Part shown: positions 27,947 through 37,498 of the stretch, piece after piece | Layout of the letters: the number at the start of each line of letters is the position of its first letter | Position numbering within the stretch: the stretch's first letter is position 1 | Assembly (NCBI GenBank): GCA_017427945.1 | Contig: JAFRRT010000021.1 | Span: 2,259-66,258 of the forward strand | DNA length: 64,000 bases | Direction of reading: 5' to 3' | Source: Muribaculaceae bacterium | Lineage (GTDB): Bacteria > Bacteroidota > Bacteroidia > Bacteroidales > Muribaculaceae | Notes under the pieces: generated by a model | What the model saw: only the letters and a program-made list of their open reading frames with translations | Told to the model about the DNA's origin: nothing | The model's database searches: none | Program-made: the position numbers and the translations under genes

Positions 27947-29803
27947 ATGAAAGAATACCTCCAATTGACAGACCAACAAATCGAATCCCTGAAAAAGAAT
28001 GACTGTTGGGCACAAGACTGGAAAGACATCAAGGTAACGGCCGATTTTGACACGAGCCGCTGCCACCGCGTGCAGTTCTATGGCTGGGCTCGCCTGGGTA
28101 ACGGATGCGGCACGGTAGAAATCACCGACGGATTTGTGAAGAACTGTGGCATCTATAATGCCACGCTGCGCAATGTGACTATCGGCGACAACTGCCTCAT
28201 CGAGAACATCGGCAACTACATGAACAACGTAACCATTGGCGACAGTTGCTACATCTCAAACGTGAGCACCATCGACACCATGGGTGAACCCAACTACGGA
28301 CAAGGGCACACCATCGCCGTCCTCAACGAGGTGGGCAACGGCAACCTGTTATTGCTCAATGAACTCAACAGCCAGCTCGCCGCCCTCATGGTCAAGCATG
28401 GCGACAACAAGCCACTGATGGACGCCATCAAACGCATGGTAGCACAGTCTGTGGCCAATTCGCGTCCCGAGTGCAGCACCATCGGCAACCAGGTTCGTAT
28501 CGTCAACACGGGTGTTATCATCAACAGCATCATTGATGACGGATGCCAGTTGTGCGGTGTGTCACGGTTGAGCAACTGCACCATCAGCAGCACGATGGAG
28601 AATCCCATCATCATTCGCACGGGCGTCATGTGCGAGAACACCATCATCAGCGGTGGTTCACACCTCTTTGGCAGCGTCAAACTGACCGATTGCTTTGTAG
28701 GCGAGTCATGCCATTTGGAGAACGGTTTCACTGCTGCCAGTAGCGTGTTTTTCGCCAACAGCTACATGTCTAACGGTGAAGCCTGTGCAGCATTTTGCGG
28801 TCCCTTCACGGTGAGCCACCACAAGAGTTCGCTGCTCATCGGCGCCATGTTCTCGTTCTACAATGCTGGGTCGGCGACTAACTTCAGCAATCATGCCTAC
28901 AAAATGGGGCCTATGCACTACGGCGCTTTGGAACGCGGCTGCAAGACCGCCAGCGGCGCCTATCTGCTCCTGCCGGCAAACATCGGCTCATTCAGCGTGT
29001 TGTTTGGCAAGCTGATGTACCACCCCGACACACGCGACCTACCCTTCTCCTACCTTATCGCCTATGGCGACACGATGTACCTGAAACCAGGCCGCAACTT
29101 CGCCACGGTAGGCCTGTACCGCGACATCCGTAAATGGCCCAAACGCGACAAGCGCTATAAGAAAGAACACCGCAGTGTAGTCAACTTCGACTGGCTAAGC
29201 CCCTTCACCATCAGTGAAGTGCTGCGAGGAAAGAAGATTCTCGAGAGGCTGCGTGCCGCCAGCGGCGACAACGTGAGCACCTACAACTACCACGAGTATG
29301 TCATCAAGGCGCCCTTCCTGCACAAGGGCATCAAGTACTATGACATGGCACTGCGCATCTACATGGGCGCGGTGCTCAAGCGCCACAAACCCGTGCCTCC
29401 TGTCTCGACCGATGGCGAGGGCAACTGGATCGACCTCATGGGACTGCTCATGCCGCAGAGTGCCGAGGAGCGCATCATTGACGACATCATTGCCGGACGC
29501 CTCAACACCATCGACGCCGTCAACGCCCGATTCAAGGAAATCCACAACAACTACAACGAGTTGAGGTGGTCGTGGAGTTACCGCATCATCCTCGACTACT
29601 ACGGTATCGACGAACTCACCGAAGAGGCCGTGCAACGCATCCACCAGGACTACGTCACCGCACGCCGTGAATGGATTTCCCTCATCCGCGAAGACGCCGA
29701 GAACGAGTACACCCTGGGCGACATCGACCGCGAAGTGCTCGACGACTTCGTCACCCTCCTCGACCGCGAAGTGGACTTCGAGAACCAGAAATTGTATATG
29801 TAA
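27947..29803 (+). CDS. DUF4954-family protein (hexapeptide beta-helix-like)
   Basis: I/V-G-D-N/S-C hexapeptide repeats; GEACAAFCGPFTVSHHKSSLLI and GSATNFSNHAYKMGP motifs; -7 box at 27908. Confidence 0.88.
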   Translation: MKEYLQLTDQQIESLKKNDCWAQDWKDIKVTADFDTSRCHRVQFYGWARLGNGCGTVEITDGFVKNCGIYNATLRNVTIGDNCLIENIGNYMNNVTIGDSCYISNVSTIDTMGEPNYGQGHTIAVLNEVGNGNLLLLNELNSQLAALMVKHGDNKPLMDAIKRMVAQSVANSRPECSTIGNQVRIVNTGVIINSIIDDGCQLCGVSRLSNCTISSTMENPIIIRTGVMCENTIISGGSHLFGSVKLTDCFVGESCHLENGFTAASSVFFANSYMSNGEACAAFCGPFTVSHHKSSLLIGAMFSFYNAGSATNFSNHAYKMGPMHYGALERGCKTASGAYLLLPANIGSFSVLFGKLMYHPDTRDLPFSYLIAYGDTMYLKPGRNFATVGLYRDIRKWPKRDKRYKKEHRSVVNFDWLSPFTISEVLRGKKILERLRAASGDNVSTYNYHEYVIKAPFLHKGIKYYDMALRIYMGAVLKRHKPVPPVSTDGEGNWIDLMGLLMPQSAEERIIDDIIAGRLNTIDAVNARFKEIHNNYNELRWSWSYRIILDYYGIDELTEEAVQRIHQDYVTARREWISLIREDAENEYTLGDIDREVLDDFVTLLDREVDFENQKLYM

Positions 29804-29807
29804 TAAT

Positions 29808-29849
29808 GAGGTTAAAGGTTAGAGGTTAAAGGTTAGAGGTTAAAGGTTA
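29808..29849 (+). repeat. Tandem array (GAGGTTAAAGGTTA)x3, i.e. six heptamers
   Basis: Three perfect 14-bp copies directly before the four-helix-bundle ATG. Confidence 0.95.
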
Positions 29850-29855
29850 GAGGGA

Positions 29856-30230
29856 ATGGAAGATTTGGACATTTTTCAGTTTGAGAGGCTAGTAGCATGG
29901 AAAAAAGCAAAAGAACTGACGCGTTGTGTCTATCAACTAATTGCCAATTTCCCGCAACACGAACAGTATGCCCTCAGCAGCCAAATCAGAAGGGCTGTCA
30001 TTTCAATTCCATCAAACATTGCCGAAGGGTCCGGACGAACGTCAATGAAGGAGAAAATCCATTTTCTGGAAATTGCTTATGGCTCGCTGACAGAAACATA
30101 TTGCCAACTGCTCATCGCAGCAGAATTAGGCTATTTATCTGATGATGAATTAATTGCAATAAAACCGATATTTAAAGAGACTTCACGTCTAATAAGCGGT
30201 TTGCGGAAACGATTTAATTCTAACCTTTAA
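29856..30230 (+). CDS. Four-helix-bundle protein (S23/IVS-like, TIGR02436-type family)
   Basis: FERLVAWKKA, FPQHEQYALSSQIRRAVISIPSNIAEGSGR, FLEIAYGSLTE and ELGYL motifs. Confidence 0.93.
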   Translation: MEDLDIFQFERLVAWKKAKELTRCVYQLIANFPQHEQYALSSQIRRAVISIPSNIAEGSGRTSMKEKIHFLEIAYGSLTETYCQLLIAAELGYLSDDELIAIKPIFKETSRLISGLRKRFNSNL

Positions 30231-30240
30231 CCTCTAACCT
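30220..30240 (-). repeat. Inverted copy of the upstream heptamer array, overlapping the stop codon
   Basis: CTAACCTTTAACCTCTAACCT is the reverse complement of AGGTTAGAGGTTAAAGGTTAG. Confidence 0.9.
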
Positions 30241-30242
30241 AC

Positions 30243-30268
30243 TTGTTTTTTGCCTAGGCAAAAAACAA
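30243..30268. repeat. Perfect 26-bp palindrome
   Basis: TTGTTTTTTGCCTAGGCAAAAAACAA. Confidence 0.85.
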
Positions 30269-30296
30269 AAGAAGCGCCACTCGTGGCGCTTCTTTT
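30267..30296. terminator. Bidirectional terminator between the four-helix-bundle gene and tRNA-Met
   Basis: AAAAGAAGCGCCAC-TC-GTGGCGCTTCTTTT. Confidence 0.85.
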
Positions 30297-30297
30297 G

Positions 30298-30371
30298 TAG
30301 CGGGACTGAGAATTGAACTCAGGACCTCCGGGTTATGAATCCGACGCTCTAACCAACTGAGCTATCCCGCC
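30298..30371 (-). tRNA. tRNA-Met (CAT), probably elongator
   Basis: The reverse complement reads GGCGGGATAGCTCAGTTGGTTAGAGCG...TTCATAA...GAGTTCAATTCTCAGTCCCGCTA and folds as a cloverleaf with anticodon CAT. An Ile2 identity cannot be fully excluded. Confidence 0.93.
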
Positions 30372-30448
30372 ATTTCCCTAAAAGCGACTGCAAAGGTATA
30401 ACCATTTCCCCAACTGACCAAATTTTTTCCGAAAAAAGTTTTTTCTCA

Positions 30449-31906
30449 TCAGTTATTCTTCCAAAATGCGGGCGTGAAGATGACCAGCACGGTGAAGATT
30501 TCAAGCCTTCCCATCAGCATCAGGGCCGAGAGAATCCACTTGACCATCATCGGCAACACGCTCCACGACATGGTCGGGCCGATTTCGAGTCCCAGGGTGG
30601 GCCCCACGTTGCTGGCACAACTCAGGGCAATGGTAAACGAGTTGGTGCTGTCGACCCCGGCAAGAATCATGACGAAGTAGGCGAAGAAGCAGAGCAGGAT
30701 GAAGACCAGCAGGAAGGCAATCAACGTAATCTGGCCCGACGAGTTGATGGTCGAGTCGTTGACCTTGACCGGCAAGATGGCTTTGGGATGAATCCTGTGG
30801 AGTATCTCGTTGCGCATGATCTTCAGCGCAATGACACCGCGGGCACACTTGAAACCGCCGGCGGTGCTGCCGGCACAACCGCCGAAGAACATACACAGGC
30901 TCAGTATCACCCAGGTGATGTGATGCCACTGGGCGGCATCCTCGTTGAACATGCCCGTCGTGGTGATAAACGACACCACCTGGAACAGCGCGCACCTGAT
31001 GGCGTCCCCGACCGAATAGTGGTTATACTGCAACAGGAAATACACGATCACGACCGTCGACAGCACAATCAGCGCCGAGTAGAAGCGGAACTCCGCGTTC
31101 TTGAGCAGACGCTTGATCCTCATCTTGAAAAACGCGGCATACAGCATGGCGAAACTGATACCCGAAACGAACATGAAAATGATGGCGGTATAGTCGATTG
31201 CGGCATTGTTGAAGTAGCCCGTGCTCGCGTCGTGGGTCGCAAAGCCACCGGTAGCGGTGATGGTCATGGCATAGTTCACGGCATCAAATCCGCCCATGCC
31301 GAAGAGGAAAAACAAGAGGGCACAGGCGGCCGTGAGCACAAGATACACGCCCCACAGCGCCTTGGCGCTCATCGTCAGACGCGGCTGCAGTTTGGACTGC
31401 ACGGGACCCGTGGCCTCGGCGGCAAACACCTTGATTGAACCGCCGACAAACGACGGCAGCACGGCGATGGTGAAGAACACGATACCCAAACCGCCAATCC
31501 ACTGGGTCAGCGAACGCCATAACAGCACTCCGTGCGGCATGCCTTCCACATGGTCGATGACTGTCGCTCCCGTAGTCGTCAAGCCCGACATGGTCTCGAA
31601 GAAGGCATCCGCGATGCCCTTGATGTAGCCCCCCATGAGGAAGGGTATCGAACCGAAGGCCGCAAAGGCTATCCACACGATGGTCACGAGCAGATAGGCA
31701 TCGCGGCGGCCCAGGGCGTTGGTCGCCCCGCGCCCCAGCAGCCAGAGCACCAGTGCCGCCAGCAGCGTGGCCCCCACTGTGACAGCGAGGGGTACCATGT
31801 CGCCCTCCTGATAACACAGGGACACGATCAGGCACACCGCCATGAACATCGCCTCGAGGAACAGCAGGGTGCCCAAAATCTTGGCTATGAGTTTGAAATT
31901 TATCAT
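30449..31906 (-). CDS. trkH: Trk potassium uptake membrane protein
   Basis: FETMSGLTTTG, WIGGLG, TATGGF, FITTTG, GGCAGSTAGG, SNVGP and MGRLEI motifs. Confidence 0.95.
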   Translation of the reverse strand: MINFKLIAKILGTLLFLEAMFMAVCLIVSLCYQEGDMVPLAVTVGATLLAALVLWLLGRGATNALGRRDAYLLVTIVWIAFAAFGSIPFLMGGYIKGIADAFFETMSGLTTTGATVIDHVEGMPHGVLLWRSLTQWIGGLGIVFFTIAVLPSFVGGSIKVFAAEATGPVQSKLQPRLTMSAKALWGVYLVLTAACALLFFLFGMGGFDAVNYAMTITATGGFATHDASTGYFNNAAIDYTAIIFMFVSGISFAMLYAAFFKMRIKRLLKNAEFRFYSALIVLSTVVIVYFLLQYNHYSVGDAIRCALFQVVSFITTTGMFNEDAAQWHHITWVILSLCMFFGGCAGSTAGGFKCARGVIALKIMRNEILHRIHPKAILPVKVNDSTINSSGQITLIAFLLVFILLCFFAYFVMILAGVDSTNSFTIALSCASNVGPTLGLEIGPTMSWSVLPMMVKWILSALMLMGRLEIFTVLVIFTPAFWKNN

Positions 31907-31909
31907 CGC

Positions 31910-33256
31910 TCAAATGAAGTATTTCTCGATTTGACTGATGTTGGTATCCTGGCAGAAGACCACGACGTTATCGCCCGGCTGAATCTGGGTGCTGCCGTTA
32001 ATCAGTATGCCCACACCGCCGCGCACCAGTCCGCCCAGTTCCACCGACTTGGGCAGATTGAGTTCATACACCCGCTTGGAGGTGATGCGCGAACCCTTGT
32101 GGGCATTGAACTCGGCGATGTCGGCATTGACCATCAGCAGGTTGCGGATGTTGCGCACATCGCCGTTCAGCAGCATCTGGTAGATGTAACTGGCCGTCAG
32201 GGCCTGCTTGTTGATGACTGTGCCGATGTCGGAATTGCCGGCAATGTTCATGTAGTCCATGTTCTCGACCATCGCAACGGTCTTGCTCACCCCGAGTTCC
32301 TGGGCCGTCATACAGGTCAGGATATTGGCCTCGGAATTGCCGGTCAACGCCAACAATGCCTGGGTGCTCCTGACGTTTTCCTCGAGCAGGTTGGCCACCG
32401 AACGTCCGTCGGCGTTGATGACCATCACGCGGCTGGTGTCGATGACAGCATTCAGTTCTTCACAACGTGCCGTGCTGGTCTCAAAGATTTTGGCCTTCAT
32501 CCCCCGTGGCAGGTTGTTGACCACCCTGACAGCGGTTTTGCCGCCGCCCACGATGATGACATTCTTCACATCGGGATAGTGCTCTTTGCCCGTTACTCTC
32601 CTCATCTCGGGCACATAGTCTCTGGTTGTCATGAAGTAGACATAGTCCTGGCTGAGCATCATGTCATTGCCCGTGGGAATGATGGTGCTGTTGCCGCGCT
32701 TGATGGCCACCACATGGTAGGGGCAGCCTGGTTGGCACACGTTCTTGAGCGGACGATTGAGAATCTCGCATTCCTCCCTCAACTTGATGCCAAGCATCGT
32801 GAGCGCCCCGCCATGCACATTCCACCGTTGCCGCACCCACGAGAGTTCCAGGCCGGCGATGATTTCCTGTGCCGCCAGGTCGTCGGGATAGATAATCGAT
32901 GAGATGCCGGCACGCTTGAAGGCATTGGTGATGTGGACGTCGGTGAACTCGGCGTTCTCGACACGGGCGACGGTCTGCTTGGCACCCATCGACCTGGCCA
33001 GTACGCACAGGCTCAGGTTCAGATTCTCATCTCGCATCACCGAGATAAAGAGGTCGGCAGTGTTCACACCTGCATCCCTGAACGATTTGATGGGGGTGTT
33101 GGCCGAGGATTTGATGGTCAACAGGTCGCAATAAGCGGCGATGCGCTCCAATTTCGACTCGTCCTCATCAATGATGATGATATTCTGTTTAATCTTGGAA
33201 AACAGTTCTGCCAAGTGGGCTCCGATGGCATCTGCGCCGACAATGATGACTTTCAT
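31910..33256 (-). CDS. trkA: Trk potassium uptake NAD-binding subunit
   Basis: Two RCK_N/RCK_C modules; 448 aa; adjacent to trkH. Confidence 0.92.
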   Translation of the reverse strand: MKVIIVGADAIGAHLAELFSKIKQNIIIIDEDESKLERIAAYCDLLTIKSSANTPIKSFRDAGVNTADLFISVMRDENLNLSLCVLARSMGAKQTVARVENAEFTDVHITNAFKRAGISSIIYPDDLAAQEIIAGLELSWVRQRWNVHGGALTMLGIKLREECEILNRPLKNVCQPGCPYHVVAIKRGNSTIIPTGNDMMLSQDYVYFMTTRDYVPEMRRVTGKEHYPDVKNVIIVGGGKTAVRVVNNLPRGMKAKIFETSTARCEELNAVIDTSRVMVINADGRSVANLLEENVRSTQALLALTGNSEANILTCMTAQELGVSKTVAMVENMDYMNIAGNSDIGTVINKQALTASYIYQMLLNGDVRNIRNLLMVNADIAEFNAHKGSRITSKRVYELNLPKSVELGGLVRGGVGILINGSTQIQPGDNVVVFCQDTNISQIEKYFI

Positions 33257-33429
33257 AATTAAAGTTGGTTATTTGGGTGCCGCAAATATAAGGGCATTTC
33301 TTGATTGCAGGCATACGTACGCAAAAATATTTGTTAAAAACGCACTTTTTTCCCTTTTTTGGTTTTTTGGCGGCCTATTTCGGGCATCTCATGAAAATTG
33401 ACTACCTTTGTGCTATATCTCATCACGAT

Positions 33430-34671
33430 ATGGCGAGAATCCGTCACATAGCCCTCATGCTCGCGGCATGTATGGCCTTCGTGCTCAGCAGCACCGCCCA
33501 GACGGTGGTGTTCGACACCGATGTGGCTGCCTGCCATTATTTCCGCATTCCGGCCATCGTGCAACTGCTTGACGGACGGCTGCTGGCCATCGGCGACGAC
33601 CGCCACGGCAGCGACTACGACATCGGCGGCAACCACGGCATCGACATCGTGGGGCGCCTCAGCGACGATGGCGGCAAGACCTGGGGCGATGTCATCATGA
33701 TCGCCGACGGCGACGAGCGACATCCGGGATTCCACGACAGCCACGGCGACGCGGCAGCGGTCGTGGACCGCGAGACGGGCCGGGTGCTCATCATGTGTGC
33801 CTCGGGCCGACAGGGCTTCCTCAACTCCTCGCTGCAGGAGCCGCTGCGCGTGGGCCGTTACCTCAGCGATGACGACGGCAAGACCTGGACGGGCGACGAC
33901 GTGACCGGTGACATCTACGGCATCTTTGACGGCTGTCCCGAGGTGAATGCCCTGTTCTTCTCCAGCGGACGCATCTGCCAAAGCAGCCGCATCAGGCAGG
34001 GTAGCCATTACCGCCTCTACTCTGCCGTCGACGGGCCGATGGGCACAGGGTGCCTCGTGCTCTACAGTGATGACTTCGGCCTGTCGTGGCAGGCCTTGGG
34101 CGGCCCGTCGGCACGACCGACAACCGCACCCTGGGGCGACGAGGCCAAGGTCGAGGAACTGCCCGACGGCAATGTGCTCCTCAGTTGCCGCTCCAAGCAG
34201 ACGGGCACCAGCGGCCGGCTGTTCAACATCTATGATTACGCCACAGGCTCATGGGGCGAGATGGCTGTGAGCAATGACCCAGAATCGGGCACCTGCAGCG
34301 AGGACTGCTCCTGCAACGGCGAACTGCTCATCGTGCCGGCCCAGCGCACCAGCGACGGCCGTCGCGTCCATCTGGCCCTGCAGTCGGTGCCTCGCGGCAA
34401 GGGCCGCCAGCGTGTGAGCATTTACTATAAGGCACTGCTCGACGGCAACGACTATGACGAGCCCTCCGACTTCTCATGGGGCTGGCAGCGCTACCAGGTG
34501 ACCGGGAATTACTCGGCCTATTCCACGATGATTGCCGTCACGGGCGGCGACATCGCCTTCCTTCACGAGGACTGCAACGACAACCAGAGCACGTCGGCCT
34601 ATGACCTGCTGTTCCAGCGGCTTTCAATCCAGACAATCACCGGCGGCCGGTACACCGCCATCAAACCATAA
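33430..34671 (+). CDS. Secreted sialidase (GH33-like)
   Basis: FRIP motif; Asp-boxes SDDGGKTW, SDDDGKTW and SDDFGLSW; SAYS Tyr; signal peptide. ATG 33430 chosen as start; -7 box at 33403. Confidence 0.88.
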   Translation: MARIRHIALMLAACMAFVLSSTAQTVVFDTDVAACHYFRIPAIVQLLDGRLLAIGDDRHGSDYDIGGNHGIDIVGRLSDDGGKTWGDVIMIADGDERHPGFHDSHGDAAAVVDRETGRVLIMCASGRQGFLNSSLQEPLRVGRYLSDDDGKTWTGDDVTGDIYGIFDGCPEVNALFFSSGRICQSSRIRQGSHYRLYSAVDGPMGTGCLVLYSDDFGLSWQALGGPSARPTTAPWGDEAKVEELPDGNVLLSCRSKQTGTSGRLFNIYDYATGSWGEMAVSNDPESGTCSEDCSCNGELLIVPAQRTSDGRRVHLALQSVPRGKGRQRVSIYYKALLDGNDYDEPSDFSWGWQRYQVTGNYSAYSTMIAVTGGDIAFLHEDCNDNQSTSAYDLLFQRLSIQTITGGRYTAIKP

Positions 34672-35651
34672 TGAATATGAACGACAACATCCAGATACCA
34701 GTGCTTGCGGCTCCGCTGCAAGGTGTGACCGATAACGTGTGGCGCATAGCGCAACACGATGTGTTTGGCGGCGTGGACGCCTATTATGCGCCCTTCATGC
34801 GCGTGGAGCACAGCGAGGTCAGGCGCAAGGACCTGCGCGACGTGGACCCCGAGCGCAACACGGGCACCACGCTCATCCCCCAGATTCTCGCCTGCCAGCC
34901 AGACCATGCCCTGATGATGGTCGATGCCCTCAAGCAGATGGGCTACACCCGCATCGACATCAACCTGGGCTGCCCGTTCCCGCCCATCGCCCTGCACCGC
35001 AAGGGCTCGGGCATGCTCGCCTATCCCGACCTGGCCGAGGCGCTCTTCCAGGCCCTCGCCACCGTCGACGGCGTGCAGTGGAGCGTCAAGATGCGGCTGG
35101 GATGGGACCGCAACGACCAGTGGCGCGACATCCTGCCCCTGCTGGACATCATCAAGCCCGTGAACATTGCCGTGCATCCCCGCACGGGCAAGCAGCAGTA
35201 CAAGGGCGACTTGGACGTCGGGCAGTTTGAGGCCCTGCTGGCCGCATCGCCCTGGCCCGTCATCTACAACGGCAGCCTGCGCACCGTCGAGGACATCGAA
35301 AATACCATCCAGCGCTACCCCACCCTCGCCGCAGTGATGGTGGGCAGCGGCCTTGCCGCCAACCCCGGCATGCTGGCCCCCGGCGCCACCCCAGCCGACT
35401 ATCGCCGCTTCCATGACCTGCTGGTCGACGGCTACACCGAGCAACTCAACGGCGGCGAAGCCCAACTCGTGCGTCACCTGCAGGACATCTGGCAGACCTT
35501 CCTGCCCGGCACAGCCCACAAGTTGTTCAAGGCCATCCGCAAGTCCCGCACCCTGGACCAGTACCAGAACGCCGCTGCCGCCGCCCTTGCCGATGTGGAG
35601 AACGCCTTGAGCGACAAGCCCGAAGACGAGAATCAGGACGTACTGTTTTAA
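34671..35651 (+). CDS. tRNA-dihydrouridine synthase family protein
   Basis: APLQGVTD, IDINLGCP, SVKMRLGW, HPRTGKQQY and YNGSL motifs. Confidence 0.88.
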   Translation: MNMNDNIQIPVLAAPLQGVTDNVWRIAQHDVFGGVDAYYAPFMRVEHSEVRRKDLRDVDPERNTGTTLIPQILACQPDHALMMVDALKQMGYTRIDINLGCPFPPIALHRKGSGMLAYPDLAEALFQALATVDGVQWSVKMRLGWDRNDQWRDILPLLDIIKPVNIAVHPRTGKQQYKGDLDVGQFEALLAASPWPVIYNGSLRTVEDIENTIQRYPTLAAVMVGSGLAANPGMLAPGATPADYRRFHDLLVDGYTEQLNGGEAQLVRHLQDIWQTFLPGTAHKLFKAIRKSRTLDQYQNAAAAALADVENALSDKPEDENQDVLF

Positions 35652-36257
35652 TTAGAACTTGTAGCGAACACCGCCCAAGAGGATGCCTTGTTCGCCGATA
35701 CCCAATTCGGCAAAGCCACGCACATTACGGCCACCGGCCTCAACACCGATGAGTGAAGCATGGAAGTTGAAGAACACATCATTGGAACTGCCCTTATCAT
35801 CAACCCTCCTGCCGCTGTCGTCAAAGTTCTGCTCACTATAATGGGCAAGCGTAGCGCCCAACGCTACCTTGGAATACAATCCCCATTTGTTCTTGCGCAA
35901 CCAGTTGAACTTCACCGACGGCATGAGAGTCGAGTAAGATTTGAAGCGGTGCGATAAGAGTTTCTCTTTACTGAAGCCGTCATCATTGTTGGAGGAAAAG
36001 ACAGCAACAGCGCCCACACCCACCAATGGGCTGGTATGATAGTAATATTCAAGTCCTATGGGACCAACATACTGTTTGTTATCATAAGTGTACCCAAACA
36101 CCGCAGGAACCACATCGGCCAAGACATCAAACCAAACCGAGTTGGGGACTGTACCATAGCTGATACCGATCTCATGACGGGTTTCTTCCTGAGCGCGGGC
36201 AGGAACACACAACACCGAGCTAATAGCCAGCACGGCCAATAAACACTTGATTTTCAT
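35652..36257 (-). CDS. Outer-membrane beta-barrel domain protein
   Basis: Signal peptide; amphipathic strands; terminal GVRYKF. Confidence 0.75.
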   Translation of the reverse strand: MKIKCLLAVLAISSVLCVPARAQEETRHEIGISYGTVPNSVWFDVLADVVPAVFGYTYDNKQYVGPIGLEYYYHTSPLVGVGAVAVFSSNNDDGFSKEKLLSHRFKSYSTLMPSVKFNWLRKNKWGLYSKVALGATLAHYSEQNFDDSGRRVDDKGSSNDVFFNFHASLIGVEAGGRNVRGFAELGIGEQGILLGGVRYKF

Positions 36258-36501
36258 ATTCTTAATAGTTCAATAATCCAATAATTCCAATAAATCCACC
36301 CACAAAGGTAGTTAATCGTTTTCAGTTGACATTCTTTTTGCTGCAATTAGTGGACCAAACAATAATCGGGTGTGTTAATCTTTTAACAATATATTTGTTA
36401 AATTAACGAGATTTTCACGCGCGCGTGTTAGGTAATGATGTATTTTTGCACCTTGAAAAAAGACATTTAATGACCATTTAAAGAGAAAAACAGATATTTC
36501 T

Positions 36502-37497
36502 ATGGCAGAATCAGTCAATATCAGGGACTTGAACGACCTGATTGCAAGTAAGAGTAATTTTGTGAACTTGATACGTCAAGGAATGGACCAGACCATCGTG
36601 GGCCAGAAGCATCTTGTGGACTCCCTGCTCATCGCGCTGCTCGCCAACGGGCACGTGCTGCTTGAGGGTGTTCCCGGCCTGGCCAAGACCAAGGCCATCA
36701 GCACGCTGGCATCGCTGATTGATGCCCGCTTCTCGCGCATCCAGTTCACGCCCGACCTGCTGCCTGCCGACGTAGTGGGTACGATGATTTACAGCATCAA
36801 GAAGGAGCAGTTCGAGGTTAAGAAGGGCCCAGTATTTGCGAATTTCGTCCTTGCCGACGAGATTAACCGCGCCCCTGCCAAAGTGCAGAGCGCCTTGCTC
36901 GAGGCCATGCAGGAGCGTCAGGTGACCATCGGTGAACAGACTTTTAAGCTTGATGACCCCTTCCTGGTGCTTGCCACCCAAAACCCCATCGAGCAAGAGG
37001 GTACCTATCCGCTGCCCGAAGCCCAGGTGGACCGTTTCCTGATGAAGGTGCTCATTGGCTATCCCAGCAAGAACGAGGAGGGCGACATCATCAAGATGAA
37101 CATTGCTCCTGACCCTGTCGAGGTGCGCCCGCTGGTCACCCCTGCCGACATCGTTGACACACGCAAGGTGGTTCAGCAGATTTATATCGACGAGAAAATC
37201 CAGAAGTATATCGTGGACATCGTGTTCGCCACCCGCTTCCCGAGCGACTATGGCCTGAATGACCTGAAGAGCATGATTTCGTTTGGTGCTTCGCCTCGTG
37301 CATCCATCAACATGGCGTTGGCATCAAGGGCCTATGCCTTCCTGCGCAACCGCGGCTATGTCATCCCCGAGGATGTGCGTGCCGTTTGCCACGACGTGAT
37401 GCGTCACCGTCTGGGACTCTCCTACGAGGCCGAGGCCAACAACATCACTGCCGACGAAATCATCAGCAACATCCTGGACAAGATTGCAGTTCCTTAA
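36502..37497 (+). CDS. moxR: MoxR-family AAA+ ATPase
   Basis: LEGVPGLAKT, RIQFTPDLLPAD, LADEINRAPAKVQSALLEAMQE and GASPRA motifs. Confidence 0.95.
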   Translation: MAESVNIRDLNDLIASKSNFVNLIRQGMDQTIVGQKHLVDSLLIALLANGHVLLEGVPGLAKTKAISTLASLIDARFSRIQFTPDLLPADVVGTMIYSIKKEQFEVKKGPVFANFVLADEINRAPAKVQSALLEAMQERQVTIGEQTFKLDDPFLVLATQNPIEQEGTYPLPEAQVDRFLMKVLIGYPSKNEEGDIIKMNIAPDPVEVRPLVTPADIVDTRKVVQQIYIDEKIQKYIVDIVFATRFPSDYGLNDLKSMISFGASPRASINMALASRAYAFLRNRGYVIPEDVRAVCHDVMRHRLGLSYEAEANNITADEIISNILDKIAVP

Positions 37498-37498
37498 C

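Noticed and set aside
29808-29849. Tandem repeats as a possible CRISPR array
   Set aside because: The units are contiguous 7/14-mers with no spacers, and there are no cas genes in the window.
29856-30230. Diversity-generating retroelement, because four-helix-bundle proteins resemble Avd
   Set aside because: There is no reverse transcriptase and no TR/VR pair differing at adenines in the window.
31532-32902. Long antisense ORF (456 aa) opposite trkH/trkA
   Set aside because: A shadow frame caused by GC-rich codon bias; the opposite strand carries clear Trk motifs.
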